64,000 nt of DNA from Dehalococcoidia bacterium (GTDB lineage Bacteria > Chloroflexota > Dehalococcoidia > Plut-88900). The position numbers and the translations under genes are program-made. The stretch spans positions 1,312,001-1,376,000 of the forward strand of contig OZ240219.1 in NCBI GenBank assembly GCA_965197645.1. Direction: 5' to 3'. The notes beneath the pieces were generated by a model. The model did no database searches. It was not told where the DNA came from and saw only the letters and a program-made list of their open reading frames with translations. Shown here piece after piece: positions 29,157-38,278 of the stretch (position 1 is its first letter; each line of letters begins with the position of its first letter).

Positions 29157-32128
29157 GCCCACCTCCAGCCCGAGTAGAGGGTCCCAGATGGAGAACCGGG
29201 GGGCATGTACGAATCTGCGGCAATGACAGCTAGCCTCGCAGATCGCGCGAGAGACGGCGAGTCCATAAGGTGACCTAGCCCGGTGCGTAGTTCTTGGCCC
29301 GCCCAAGATTCGGCGCCAGCGGGGTCGCTCGCTAGCCTCAACGCAAGCTCTGCCAGCCACTTAGGGGTAATGACGCCAGCAGCACTCGCGTCGATTGTCG
29401 TGGTTCGCCGAATGCTCTCAGGCAGAAGCCGATACTCCAGGGCTACTGAGGCTAGGCGGTCAACTCGATGGCCACAGCCTTCATGAGCCACAGTTTGCGC
29501 TTCGCGTAGTAGAACATCCCCCGCCCTTGACTCGGTAGGATCCCTGGAGATCGCACTGGATAAGGCTTGCAGGCCTCCGGAGTTCCTCGCTCCGGAAGTT
29601 GCCTCCTCTTCAGCTCTCGCCCAGTTATTTCCACCCAGGAGGCGAAAGAGCTCGAAGACTAGAGTGGCCAAGACCTTTTCACGTCGGAATGCAGCCAATA
29701 CATTGCCGGGCAGTCTCGCGCGACTCCACAGACCTGCAAACCCAACCACTCTGAGAGCAGAGTCTGGAGACCTGATTAATGGCTCAATATGCGGAGAAAG
29801 GGCCAGGTCCGCGAGGCCGTAACTCTGGCGGGGCACTGGAGGAACAATGATCGCAGCGCCGTGCTTCGAATTTTGCGCGACATACATTCCGCCCCGATCG
29901 GATGCTTGAATATCAGTCGCGTATGGTATCCGTTCTTCAGTACACGGCGTCTCGAATGCCACGCGGCTCAAGAGGGGTCGATCCGATTCGCCGCTGTCGT
30001 CGAATAGCCGGGCCAGATAGGCACTACCATCTCGCTTCAATGCCCATCGAAGGGGAGTGAATGGCCGTTCACATCGGAGTGTGAATCCGCCGAGGTCACC
30101 GGCTTTGAATTCCAGAGCGCATACGTTGGCCGAATCGTAGGCTTCCTGTACTTCCTCCTTGCTTCGAACGTATCTGTCGAAGTGCTTCTGCCAGTCTTCC
30201 GTGTCTACTGGCAGAGCTATCGGCGGAAGCTGCTTCACGAGAATTGGGGCGCCCCCATTTCTCTCAAACAACGACAAGCGACTCTCGACATCGCGGTGCT
30301 GTGGTCCCCGAAGTAAGACTTCGACCTCACCATCCCAAAGTTCTTCCATAGTCGGATGAGCAGGATCGATCTGTACCAACAGCGGGCCCCGATGATCAGC
30401 TACATGCGTCTGTGGCAAGTCCTCCCTAATTCGGACGACTGCTTCCTGGTCATCGAGAAGCTCAGGCTGACCTGCCAAACCACTCTGTGCGGAGAACTTA
30501 AGCCTATGGATGCCGACCGGAAGCCGGGGAAGCTCCAGAAACAGTGGCTCCCCTGGATTCAGGGATGCCACCTCGAAGGAATGAGGTGGGCTTGCGTCCA
30601 TTGAGACACGGACGGATGCCAGAGGGTGATCCGCAAGAATGGCGAGGCACGGTTGCTCCGAGGCGAACCACTCTCCGTGCCCATCGCCGTCCCATGCCGC
30701 TGCGGCCAGGCCGGCAGGCCAGACCTCTATCGTCCTTGCCTGCCCAAGCCCCAAGTCTAGAATAGCTTCTTGCCAATCTGTCTCAAGGGCCTCCGGCACG
30801 TCCAATATCGCCGCATGTATTCCCTTGCACGCTAGCTCTATCTGAGTAACATATTCGTCTGTCTCGATTGGCCCCACCGTACTGAGGAGTATGTAGCGTT
30901 CACCGGGTCTAACTCTCAGGCTCTTGCGCTCATAGGCCAATCCATCGGCCGCGACCCTCAACAGCCAGATGGGACCAGGGCGAAGTAGGCACTCCATACG
31001 AAGAAGGAAATCAAGCTGGGTATCTGCGCCTTCGAACTGCAGGAGGACCTCATCCGGCTTCGGCCAGTGGCCAAGCCTTACCTGCTGAGCGCCATGCAAG
31101 AGCCGACCTCTCGCCAAAGGCCGTCCCGCTGAACCTGCAACCATGCATCGAGACCCCGTCAGGATGTCCCGCGTCTGAGGAAAACGCAGCAAAAGATGCG
31201 AAAGTGCAGGGATTTCAAGGAGGATATCCCACGAAGCGCCAGTAGCATCTGTTGGTCGAGCCATCACGCGTGGTTCAATCCCTAGAACAGCGACCGCCGA
31301 CCTGGCTTCGTCCACTTGATTAATGCTGGAGGGATCTGTGCGACTACTAGGCGAAGAACCGAGACCACGGATTCGGACTCGTTCGTTTACCGAGCTACGC
31401 GCCTTTCGAAGCCACTCCCTGGCCTGCCGCTCACGGTCTAGATCCTCACTGATCCTCTCAAGGGTCGCCGGGTATATGAGTTCGCTCGTCCCGGCCTGCC
31501 CTTGAATGAGAAGGGCGGCAGCTATCTGTCCCAATAGTCGCGTCCCCTGTGCCAAGTTTTGGAATCGCGATGATGCATTCCAGCTACGCGCAGCAATGAC
31601 TTCACCCAGTAGCTCCGGGGACCTGAGAATATCTTCATTAAGGAGGAATCTGGAATCAAAGAGAGTCCGTGCCAGTTGTATTTGAAGGTCCTTTGGGAGG
31701 ATGGCGTGTGTAATTGGCCAACATATGATGGAAAAGTGTTCTGCCCAAGGACCCGATGGCACCGCACCACTGAACTCTCGCGCAAACCGTTGGTAGAAGT
31801 CTCGAATCCTGTAGCGGTCTCCATTGCGCAGCCATCCGGGTGTCTCCTGTTCGAAGGTCTGCCAATATTCGTCACCAGAGTACCGATAGCCCAGTTCAGC
31901 GGAATACACTATCCACGCCAGCCAGTGATTCTGTGATGGCCGGCGATGAGCGATGTGGGCTCGCACTGCGCTTTCTAGCTCTTCGACTTCCGCTTGGGTC
32001 AGTCCGTGCTCAAGTCCAAAGAGTGGTTCAGTAATGCCCCTTGCGCGCCGACTGTCACGGAGCGTGGCAAAGTGCAACGCAAGGCGCGCCTGCCATTCTT
32101 CAAGCTCAATGTGCATAGCGACGCTCAC
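29153..32128 (-). CDS. Large Druantia accessory protein (991 aa), possible DruB-DruC equivalent
   Basis: Lies between druA and the druD-like gene, with 4-nt overlaps on both sides. Confidence 0.6.
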   Translation of the reverse strand: MSVAMHIELEEWQARLALHFATLRDSRRARGITEPLFGLEHGLTQAEVEELESAVRAHIAHRRPSQNHWLAWIVYSAELGYRYSGDEYWQTFEQETPGWLRNGDRYRIRDFYQRFAREFSGAVPSGPWAEHFSIICWPITHAILPKDLQIQLARTLFDSRFLLNEDILRSPELLGEVIAARSWNASSRFQNLAQGTRLLGQIAAALLIQGQAGTSELIYPATLERISEDLDRERQAREWLRKARSSVNERVRIRGLGSSPSSRTDPSSINQVDEARSAVAVLGIEPRVMARPTDATGASWDILLEIPALSHLLLRFPQTRDILTGSRCMVAGSAGRPLARGRLLHGAQQVRLGHWPKPDEVLLQFEGADTQLDFLLRMECLLRPGPIWLLRVAADGLAYERKSLRVRPGERYILLSTVGPIETDEYVTQIELACKGIHAAILDVPEALETDWQEAILDLGLGQARTIEVWPAGLAAAAWDGDGHGEWFASEQPCLAILADHPLASVRVSMDASPPHSFEVASLNPGEPLFLELPRLPVGIHRLKFSAQSGLAGQPELLDDQEAVVRIREDLPQTHVADHRGPLLVQIDPAHPTMEELWDGEVEVLLRGPQHRDVESRLSLFERNGGAPILVKQLPPIALPVDTEDWQKHFDRYVRSKEEVQEAYDSANVCALEFKAGDLGGFTLRCERPFTPLRWALKRDGSAYLARLFDDSGESDRPLLSRVAFETPCTEERIPYATDIQASDRGGMYVAQNSKHGAAIIVPPVPRQSYGLADLALSPHIEPLIRSPDSALRVVGFAGLWSRARLPGNVLAAFRREKVLATLVFELFRLLGGNNWARAEEEATSGARNSGGLQALSSAISRDPTESRAGDVLLREAQTVAHEGCGHRVDRLASVALEYRLLPESIRRTTTIDASAAGVITPKWLAELALRLASDPAGAESWAGQELRTGLGHLMDSPSLARSARLAVIAADSYMPPGSPSGTLYSGWRWA

Positions 32129-33360
32129 CCTGGGCCTCCATGCAACAAGGATTCAATCATGCTGTCCTTGTCAAAGTTCTGATAGCTATTGTCACGAAGG
32201 GATCGTGGAACGACCCAACGATTCAGACAAAACTTTGATATCGCGGCAGCTGATCTTGTGAGAGAGCGCGTTCTCTTACGTTTTCCCGCTAGGACCTCCC
32301 TCCAGTTGTCTGCCAGCGGGACCGCATAGACCTCTCGCTCCACGCCGTGCTTTAGGATTGAATTCCCGTCAATGCCAATGTCTTCGAGGGCAGCTCTTGC
32401 CACGCGCAGTTTCCAGTTTGGTCCCATACCAAAGCGATGGCCTGAAGCATACGGATGTCCCTTTGCCTCCAGATGCTCTCTAAGCGAATCGAAGATTCGG
32501 CCATGTAGGTGAAAGTGGCCGAAACCCTTGGTTGTTCCGATTCTAAGAAAGTGAGGACCATTTGGAATAGCCAGGCGGTTGTAGATTGATGACCTACCAA
32601 GTGCCGATGTCGTGGTCAACAACACGAGACGCGCTCGATGGTTCCTTTTGCGAATAACCGATTGACGCTCTAGATACTTCCGTTCGTACGCTCGTTTCAC
32701 CTCCGTGCTGCCCATCAATGCCGCGACAAGTTTTCCACCAATCATCTGTGAGTAGGGAGGGACGGCACCAACGACATAAGCATCCATGACATGGACAAGG
32801 CGGTCACGACGGTCCTCATGGGTCCAGCCAATCCAATTGTCCCGCGCTGAAAGATTAAAGACCGGGTCTCCAAGAGCGAAGAGTCCAATCAAACAACCAT
32901 TCTGTCTATCTCTCACAAGGAATCGGAGTCGACGTCCAAAACCTTGCGACACTGGGACGGACCACAACAGGCAAGCAAACCTAAATAGTCGAGACTCAAG
33001 TGAGCCAGGCAAAACCTCAACAAGCTCTGGTTTGATCGATGCCGGGTCAATCTGGCTACCGTTCGCGAAGTGACCTGCGAGTTCAACACCATGCGTTTCT
33101 ACGAAGGCCCTTTGCCGCTCTAGGATATCCAGCCGCTGGGCGGCATGCAGATTCCGAATCTTCTGCTTCGTCAATTCTCCGTCCACAAAATAGCCACTGC
33201 CATTCTTGGAGAAACCTAGAGTCAACAGGTGGTCGTGGATTGCTTCCTCCAAAGGAACTCCGTCCGCGTCGTCACGAGACGGAAACAAGGTGTCGGCTCC
33301 CAAAGAAGATGCTGCTTCTGACGTCAGTGTCGAAGCTGAGTTGATTGACTCAATTGTCAT
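32125..33360 (-). CDS. druA: DruA (DUF4338) Druantia protein
   Basis: WSVPVSQGFGRRLRFLVRD, RDNWIGW, GAVPPYSQMIGGKLVA, TTTSALGRSSIYNRL and GTTKGFGHFH motifs. Confidence 0.85.
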   Translation of the reverse strand: MTIESINSASTLTSEAASSLGADTLFPSRDDADGVPLEEAIHDHLLTLGFSKNGSGYFVDGELTKQKIRNLHAAQRLDILERQRAFVETHGVELAGHFANGSQIDPASIKPELVEVLPGSLESRLFRFACLLWSVPVSQGFGRRLRFLVRDRQNGCLIGLFALGDPVFNLSARDNWIGWTHEDRRDRLVHVMDAYVVGAVPPYSQMIGGKLVAALMGSTEVKRAYERKYLERQSVIRKRNHRARLVLLTTTSALGRSSIYNRLAIPNGPHFLRIGTTKGFGHFHLHGRIFDSLREHLEAKGHPYASGHRFGMGPNWKLRVARAALEDIGIDGNSILKHGVEREVYAVPLADNWREVLAGKRKRTRSLTRSAAAISKFCLNRWVVPRSLRDNSYQNFDKDSMIESLLHGGPG

Positions 33361-33571
33361 TGATGCTTCTGCCCTCACCTTCTGAGGAAGTATGCTCGTC
33401 ACTTCTAAACCGCACCCAGTCGTCTACTTCAGACAGCTTGAATCTAAGGAGTCGACCAACCCGGTGAGCTGGGAAGCCTTTTGAGTCGACCCAGCGGTAT
33501 ATCGAGTCCTTGGTGACTTGCAGGTGCGTAGCCACCTCCGCGATGTCCACCCAGTTTTCAGTGGAAGTCAT
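33350..33571 (-). CDS. Excisionase/MerR-like (HTH_17) DNA-binding protein heading the Druantia operon
   Basis: EVATHLQVTKDSIYRWV...PAHRVGRLLRFKLSEVDDW. Confidence 0.85.
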   Translation of the reverse strand: MTSTENWVDIAEVATHLQVTKDSIYRWVDSKGFPAHRVGRLLRFKLSEVDDWVRFRSDEHTSSEGEGRSINDN

Positions 33572-33598
33572 GTCAATACCACCTGTGTATATAAAATG

Positions 33599-33623
33599 CT
33601 ATGAAAGTCTATGACAGTATAGA
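33599..33623. promoter_or_regulatory. 10-bp tandem repeat/palindrome operator upstream of the HTH gene
   Basis: CTATGAAAGT-CTATGACAGT, overlapping the palindrome TCTAT-N6-ATAGA. Confidence 0.45.
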
Positions 33624-33704
33624 ACTTCCCCCCTCCTTACAGTCAACAGAGTCTTGCCGAAGCCGGAGTCGCTCCGAGGTCCCGGTCCGCAGCGGCTTCC
33701 ACCT

Positions 33705-34552
33705 TCAACCTCCCGCCTCCCACAGATCCTGAAGCCCCTTGACGAAAGCCTGCGCCTTGGCTATGGTCCACTGCTCCCGCCCTCGCCCGAACAGGGGCAC
33801 CTGTCCGTTCTGGCACTTGCAGCCCTTGAGCTGCGCCTTCTTCAGCCAGTCGAGGATGCTCGTATAGGTCGGCGCTAATTCCGGTTTGAACAACCCGTTG
33901 GGTACGTTGTAGAGCAGGCACTCGATGAAATACGATGGGGCGGCGTCCTTGGTGAGCGCCTTCCTTTCGACGAGCCGGTTCCGGGCCGCCTTGAACATGC
34001 GGATGGTCCTCTTGAACCGGTTGTTAGCGGCTTTTTCCTTCCTCAACCCTCGGGAATGGTGCTGCTGTGGAAGGCTGACGACCCAGCGCCCCTCGTCGGA
34101 GAGATAGAATCCGATGCCCTCCCTGTGGCTCACCGTGACCACGAGGTCGGCGTCCGCCGGGATCCTGCCCTTCGGCACCTTCAGAGTCTTACGGCCGCTC
34201 TTTGCGGCCTTCCCGAACCTGGCCCGCAGAGCCTTCAGCGCCTCGTCCCGGAACGACTTCCATTGTTGGTGTACGAACCTGTGGGAACCATCTTCCTGCA
34301 GCAGTTCGCCGGTAAGGTCGGCCACCGCGGGCTTTAGCTTCGACGACAGCCGGACGACCACATCGACGTCGCTGTCCCCGCCGAGGTTCGTGTCGTTCTT
34401 GTACGAGCCCTGGAGAAAGACCTCGTACTTGAACTGCGATAGGGGCCCTTGTGGGCTTTGAGGGCCTCCCGGATGGGTACATGAGCCTGCTTGAAGGCCG
34501 TTCCGGCCTGATGATGGCTCCACCTGGATAGTGTTGATTCAGGTATAGGCAT
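33705..34552 (-). pseudogene. cdnE: cGAS/DncV-like nucleotidyltransferase (CdnE-like CD-NTase) with one frameshift at about 34440-34448
   Basis: N-terminus MPIPESTLSRWSH... in one frame continues as SQFKYEVFLQGSYKNDTNLGGDSDVDVVV...ADLVV...IRMFK...PSYFIECLLYNVP...CQNG...LFG...EQW in another; span is 848 nt. Confidence 0.85.
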
Positions 34553-34608
34553 TTCTCACCTTAGAGCCCCCCATATGCCCGGACGTCCAGATGGACACAA
34601 CCACACGG

Positions 34609-35538
34609 TCACTGGGAGGTAGGCTGTTGTCGATGTGTTTCGACCAGATTGCTCCCTACGACACGGTAATGAACTTCAAATCTGTGCATTTCTGGAACCG
34701 GTCTCGAATCAGTGGCAACGTGGCCAATCTTCCCCCAGAGCACATAGCTGTCGTTGCCCGCACTGCGCGGCTTCAGCGTTTCGGCAGGGAACTGGATTCT
34801 CCTGTTCTCCTTTGGATCAATTGGGTGGTTGGCTGTCATAAGGCCCGACAGGATTTTCTTGTAGGGGTCAGGTTCCTGAATTCGGTAGTACACCTGAAAC
34901 GGGACGGACGTCTTGACATCAAACACAACCTGGAACCTCTCCAGATTGTCGGTCGCTAGATGAGGAGTGACGCTGAGAATGGAGCCTTCTCTCTCCGCCT
35001 GAACGGCGTCGAGCGTGTGGCCTAAGGCACCGCGAAGCCTACTCGACAGGTCCTCTCTGACGCTGGTTCGCACCGGGTCTTCCAGTCCTTTCGTTACACC
35101 GCGAGTTGCCGGGTCTTCAAGAGAGAACTGAAGCGGGCGGCTGCCGCGCACGTCGAAGGGAAGTTCCTTCAGGTCTCCAGCGGGAAGATACGCTGCATTG
35201 ACGGCACATATTATGCGCGTCCTGCCTAATCCTGTAGCCAAGGCGTAGCCTAGCTCGAAAAGGACGTTGGGGTTTGGCGTAAGCCTAGTGTCTGACCGCG
35301 GGCCGTTGATGGGGGTGATATCCGCTACAAACACTTCACATCGCTCGATCTTGTCGAGGATGGTAGAAGTGATCTCCGGCCACCCGGCTACTCCGGAAGT
35401 ATCCTCGTCCAACCGTAATGCTTCTTCAAGGGCAAGGTCTCGATTCAGGTTGTTGACTGCCTTGGCCAGGGCCGCCTGGATGACGCCCCTCGTCTCTCCG
35501 AGGTCAGATTGCCATGAGAAGAAGATCGTATTAGTCAT
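34609..35538 (-). CDS. Putative CBASS effector: nucleoside 2-deoxyribosyltransferase/TIR-like Rossmann domain plus an unknown beta-rich C-terminal domain (309 aa)
   Basis: IFFSWQSD, ILDKIERCEVFVADIT, PNPNVLFELGYA and LPFDVR motifs; true start ATG 35538 overlaps the kinase stop (ATGA). Confidence 0.7.
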   Translation of the reverse strand: MTNTIFFSWQSDLGETRGVIQAALAKAVNNLNRDLALEEALRLDEDTSGVAGWPEITSTILDKIERCEVFVADITPINGPRSDTRLTPNPNVLFELGYALATGLGRTRIICAVNAAYLPAGDLKELPFDVRGSRPLQFSLEDPATRGVTKGLEDPVRTSVREDLSSRLRGALGHTLDAVQAEREGSILSVTPHLATDNLERFQVVFDVKTSVPFQVYYRIQEPDPYKKILSGLMTANHPIDPKENRRIQFPAETLKPRSAGNDSYVLWGKIGHVATDSRPVPEMHRFEVHYRVVGSNLVETHRQQPTSQ

Positions 35539-37919
35539 GTCCCCTCCGGCTCCTCCCCCTTCTCCATCCGGTAGCCGACGCGGGGCTCGTTGAGGATGTA
35601 GGTGGGGTTGTTGGCGTCGTCGCCCAGCTTGCGGCGGAGTTGCTTGGCGGCGGTGCGCACCCGCCGCGAGTCGCCCGACCTCCGCAGGCCCCAGACCCGT
35701 TGCAGCAGCCGGTCGTAGGTCAACACGCGACCGGCGTTGGCCGATAGCTCGAAGAGCAGTCCGTACTCGATGGCGGTCAGCTGCACGGGACGCCCGGCCA
35801 GCGTCACGCGACGCTCGGCGTAGTCGATGGTCAGTTCCCCCAGCACGTAGGGTTCCGACGGCTCGGCCCATTCGGGGGCTTCCCGCTTGCGCAGGGCCGC
35901 CTTGATCCTCGACACAAGCTCCATCGGCGAGAAGGGCTTGACCACGTAATCGTCGGCCCCATTCTCGAAGGCCCTGGCGATGATCTCTTCCTGGCCGTAG
36001 GCTGACAGGAAGATGACCGGCACGTCCGCCATGTCTAGGATGCCCCGCATCAGCTCGATGCCGTCGGTTCCCGGCAGCATCAGGTCCAGCAGCACCAGGT
36101 GGGGGTCGTTCGCCTCCACCAGGCTGAGCGCCTCCTCCGGGTCTCCGGTCACAACCGGGGCGTAGCCCGCCTTCGTGAGCGCGTCCCGGACGTGCCTGAG
36201 GGTCTGCGGGTCGTCGTCCACCGCGAGAATGCGCTCCCGCTCCCTCTCCGACCGGCTGGAGCGCACCGGGAGATTGGCGGCCCCGATCCCGGCGTCCTGG
36301 GCCACCGGAATAGTGAAGGTGAACCGCGCCCCAAGGCCCGGCCCGTCGCTCTCGGCCCAGATGCGGCCCCCGTGGGACTCCACTATCCCCTTGCAGATGG
36401 CGAGGCCCAGGCCCGACCCCGCGATGTCCCGTCCCCGGTCCTCGCCGTCGATGCGGGAGAACTTCCGGAACAGGTGCGGCAGACGCTCGGCGGCTATCCC
36501 CCGGCCCTCGTCCGTGACGGAGACCGCCACGTGGTAGCCCTCCCGCACGGCGGTCACCCCGATGGCCGACGCCTCGTGGGAGTGCCGGGCCGCGTTGGAG
36601 AGTAGGTTGCTCAGCACCTGGATGATCCGCCGCCCGTCCGCCATGACCAGGGGCAGATCCGGCGAGAGGTCGATGCGGAGGTTGTTCCTGCCCCCTCCGC
36701 TCTGGAACCTGCTCCTCGCCTCGTCCACCAGGGTCGCCACCTCCGCAGGCGCGGGGGCCACCGACAGCTCGCCCGTCTCGATGCGCGCAACGTCCAGCAG
36801 GTCGCCGATCAGGTCGCGCATGTAGTCGGCCTGCTCGCCGATGATGCGGAAGAACTGGAGCATCTCGGCGGGGTCCAGGTCGGACGCCGCCTCGGTCAGC
36901 GTGGCGGCTGAGCCCTTGATGGCGGTCAGCGGCGTCCTCAGCTCGTGGCTCACCATGCCCAGGAACTCGGCCCGCAGCCGCTCCATCTCCTCCAGCGGCG
37001 TCATGTCCTGTAGGGTGACGACCACTGAAACGACCTCGCCCTCCTCCGAGCGGATGGGCGTGGCGTTGACCAGGGTGGTCACGCTCTGCCCGCCGGGGAC
37101 CTCGATGACGATCTCCTCGGCCCGCACCGTCTCGCCCGTGCTCAGCGCCTGGGCCAGGGGGAACTCTTCCAGGGAGATCTCCCGCCCGTCGGCACGCCGG
37201 AAGGTCAGCATGTCGAGGAGCTCCTCCGCAGAGCCGTCAGGCATGTGCAGACCGCTGACGATCCTCCTGGCCTCCCGGTTGACCGACGTCACGCCGCCCG
37301 TCTTCGCGTCGAAGACCAGGACGCCCACGGGAGTCGTGTTCACCAGGGTCTCAAGGTCGGCCCTCGTCCGCTGCTCCTCCCGGTGCCTGCGAGCGTTGGC
37401 GATGACCAGCGCCGCCTGGGAGGCGAACATCACCAGGGTCTCCTCGTCCTCGGGGGTGAACTCCAGCTCCTTCTCGCCGACGTAGAAGGCACCGACGCTC
37501 TCCCCCAGGTGGCGGATGGGCGCGGCCAGGAAGGGCAGTGGCGAACTCACCGTCATCGGCGGGTGGAACTCGGGCAGGCCCAACTCCCTGACGTAGCTGT
37601 GGAAGTCCCGCAGCCGCAGCGGTTCACTGATGCTGCTCAGGTACTCGAAGAACAGCATCCCGTTGGGAAATTCGGCGAACCGCCGGCTCTCCTCGGGAGT
37701 CAGCCCGGAATAGAGGAAGTCCTGTATCCGTCCCGATTCGTTCAGGAGGGTGATGACGCCGTAGCGCGCCCCGGTCAGCGAGCAGGCTGAGTCGAGCACC
37801 CCCTGGAGCACTGTGTCGAAGTCGAGGCTCTCGTTGATGCGCAGGCTGGCCTGGCTCAGCCGGGACAGCCGGTCCCGCAGCTCCGCTATCTCCCGCGCCT
37901 GATCGTCTGCTTGTTCCAT
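35535..37919 (-). CDS. Cytoplasmic hybrid sensor kinase/response regulator: GAF-PAS-HisKA-HATPase-REC-OmpR wHTH
   Basis: SHELRTPL, NLLSNA, DEGRG, GSGLGL, VDDD, LDLMLP, KPF and RRKLGD...PRVGY motifs. Confidence 0.92.
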   Translation of the reverse strand: MEQADDQAREIAELRDRLSRLSQASLRINESLDFDTVLQGVLDSACSLTGARYGVITLLNESGRIQDFLYSGLTPEESRRFAEFPNGMLFFEYLSSISEPLRLRDFHSYVRELGLPEFHPPMTVSSPLPFLAAPIRHLGESVGAFYVGEKELEFTPEDEETLVMFASQAALVIANARRHREEQRTRADLETLVNTTPVGVLVFDAKTGGVTSVNREARRIVSGLHMPDGSAEELLDMLTFRRADGREISLEEFPLAQALSTGETVRAEEIVIEVPGGQSVTTLVNATPIRSEEGEVVSVVVTLQDMTPLEEMERLRAEFLGMVSHELRTPLTAIKGSAATLTEAASDLDPAEMLQFFRIIGEQADYMRDLIGDLLDVARIETGELSVAPAPAEVATLVDEARSRFQSGGGRNNLRIDLSPDLPLVMADGRRIIQVLSNLLSNAARHSHEASAIGVTAVREGYHVAVSVTDEGRGIAAERLPHLFRKFSRIDGEDRGRDIAGSGLGLAICKGIVESHGGRIWAESDGPGLGARFTFTIPVAQDAGIGAANLPVRSSRSERERERILAVDDDPQTLRHVRDALTKAGYAPVVTGDPEEALSLVEANDPHLVLLDLMLPGTDGIELMRGILDMADVPVIFLSAYGQEEIIARAFENGADDYVVKPFSPMELVSRIKAALRKREAPEWAEPSEPYVLGELTIDYAERRVTLAGRPVQLTAIEYGLLFELSANAGRVLTYDRLLQRVWGLRRSGDSRRVRTAAKQLRRKLGDDANNPTYILNEPRVGYRMEKGEEPEGT

Positions 37920-38037
37920 TTCCCTCCTCGAATCGGGCTGCCGATGACTCTGAGGTTGCCCGCCGCCGCGCCGGATGCGGGATGCGAGAACGCGTTAGGC
38001 TCGGCCAGCCCCCGAATTATAGCTGGCCCAGGAAAAA

Positions 38038-38103
38038 CTCACAACGGATTCGGTTGGAAAAGTCTTGACTCTCACAGATACCTCACAGGCGTTTTGGTAA
38101 AAT
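38038..38103 (+). promoter_or_regulatory. OmpR/PhoB-type direct repeats plus extended -10
   Basis: CTCACA at 38038, 38071 and 38082 (spacings 33 and 11 bp), then TGGTAAAAT at 38095-38103. Confidence 0.5.
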
Positions 38104-38258
38104 GCGGTTCGTGACTGCCCATTTTGTGGGAGAGATTCGCTTGGCATTCGACAGACCGATAGATGGAATAGAGACGGCAAACGCACCGGCGGCCCTTGCC
38201 GCCGACGCGAAGACCGCGCTTGAGGTCGCCTTCCGTCTCGGACTAGCACAGATGTTCA

Positions 38259-38278
38259 CCCCCCCCCCCCCCCCCCCC
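38259..38278 (+). repeat. Poly-C homopolymer (about 20 C)
   Basis: Read directly from the sequence; lies in short ORF 38102/38111..38485 as a poly-Pro run. Confidence 0.9.

Noticed and set aside
33350-33571. Prophage indicated by the excisionase-like gene
   Set aside because: No phage structural, terminase or integrase genes; the gene is coupled to druA
33705-34523. 272-aa ORF as an intact CD-NTase
   Set aside because: Its first ~28 residues are off-frame; the CdnE-like N-terminus is in ORF 34334..34552
35539-35871. N-terminal extension of the 420-aa ORF 34609..35871
   Set aside because: Overlaps the kinase wHTH domain in another frame; the real start is ATG 35538
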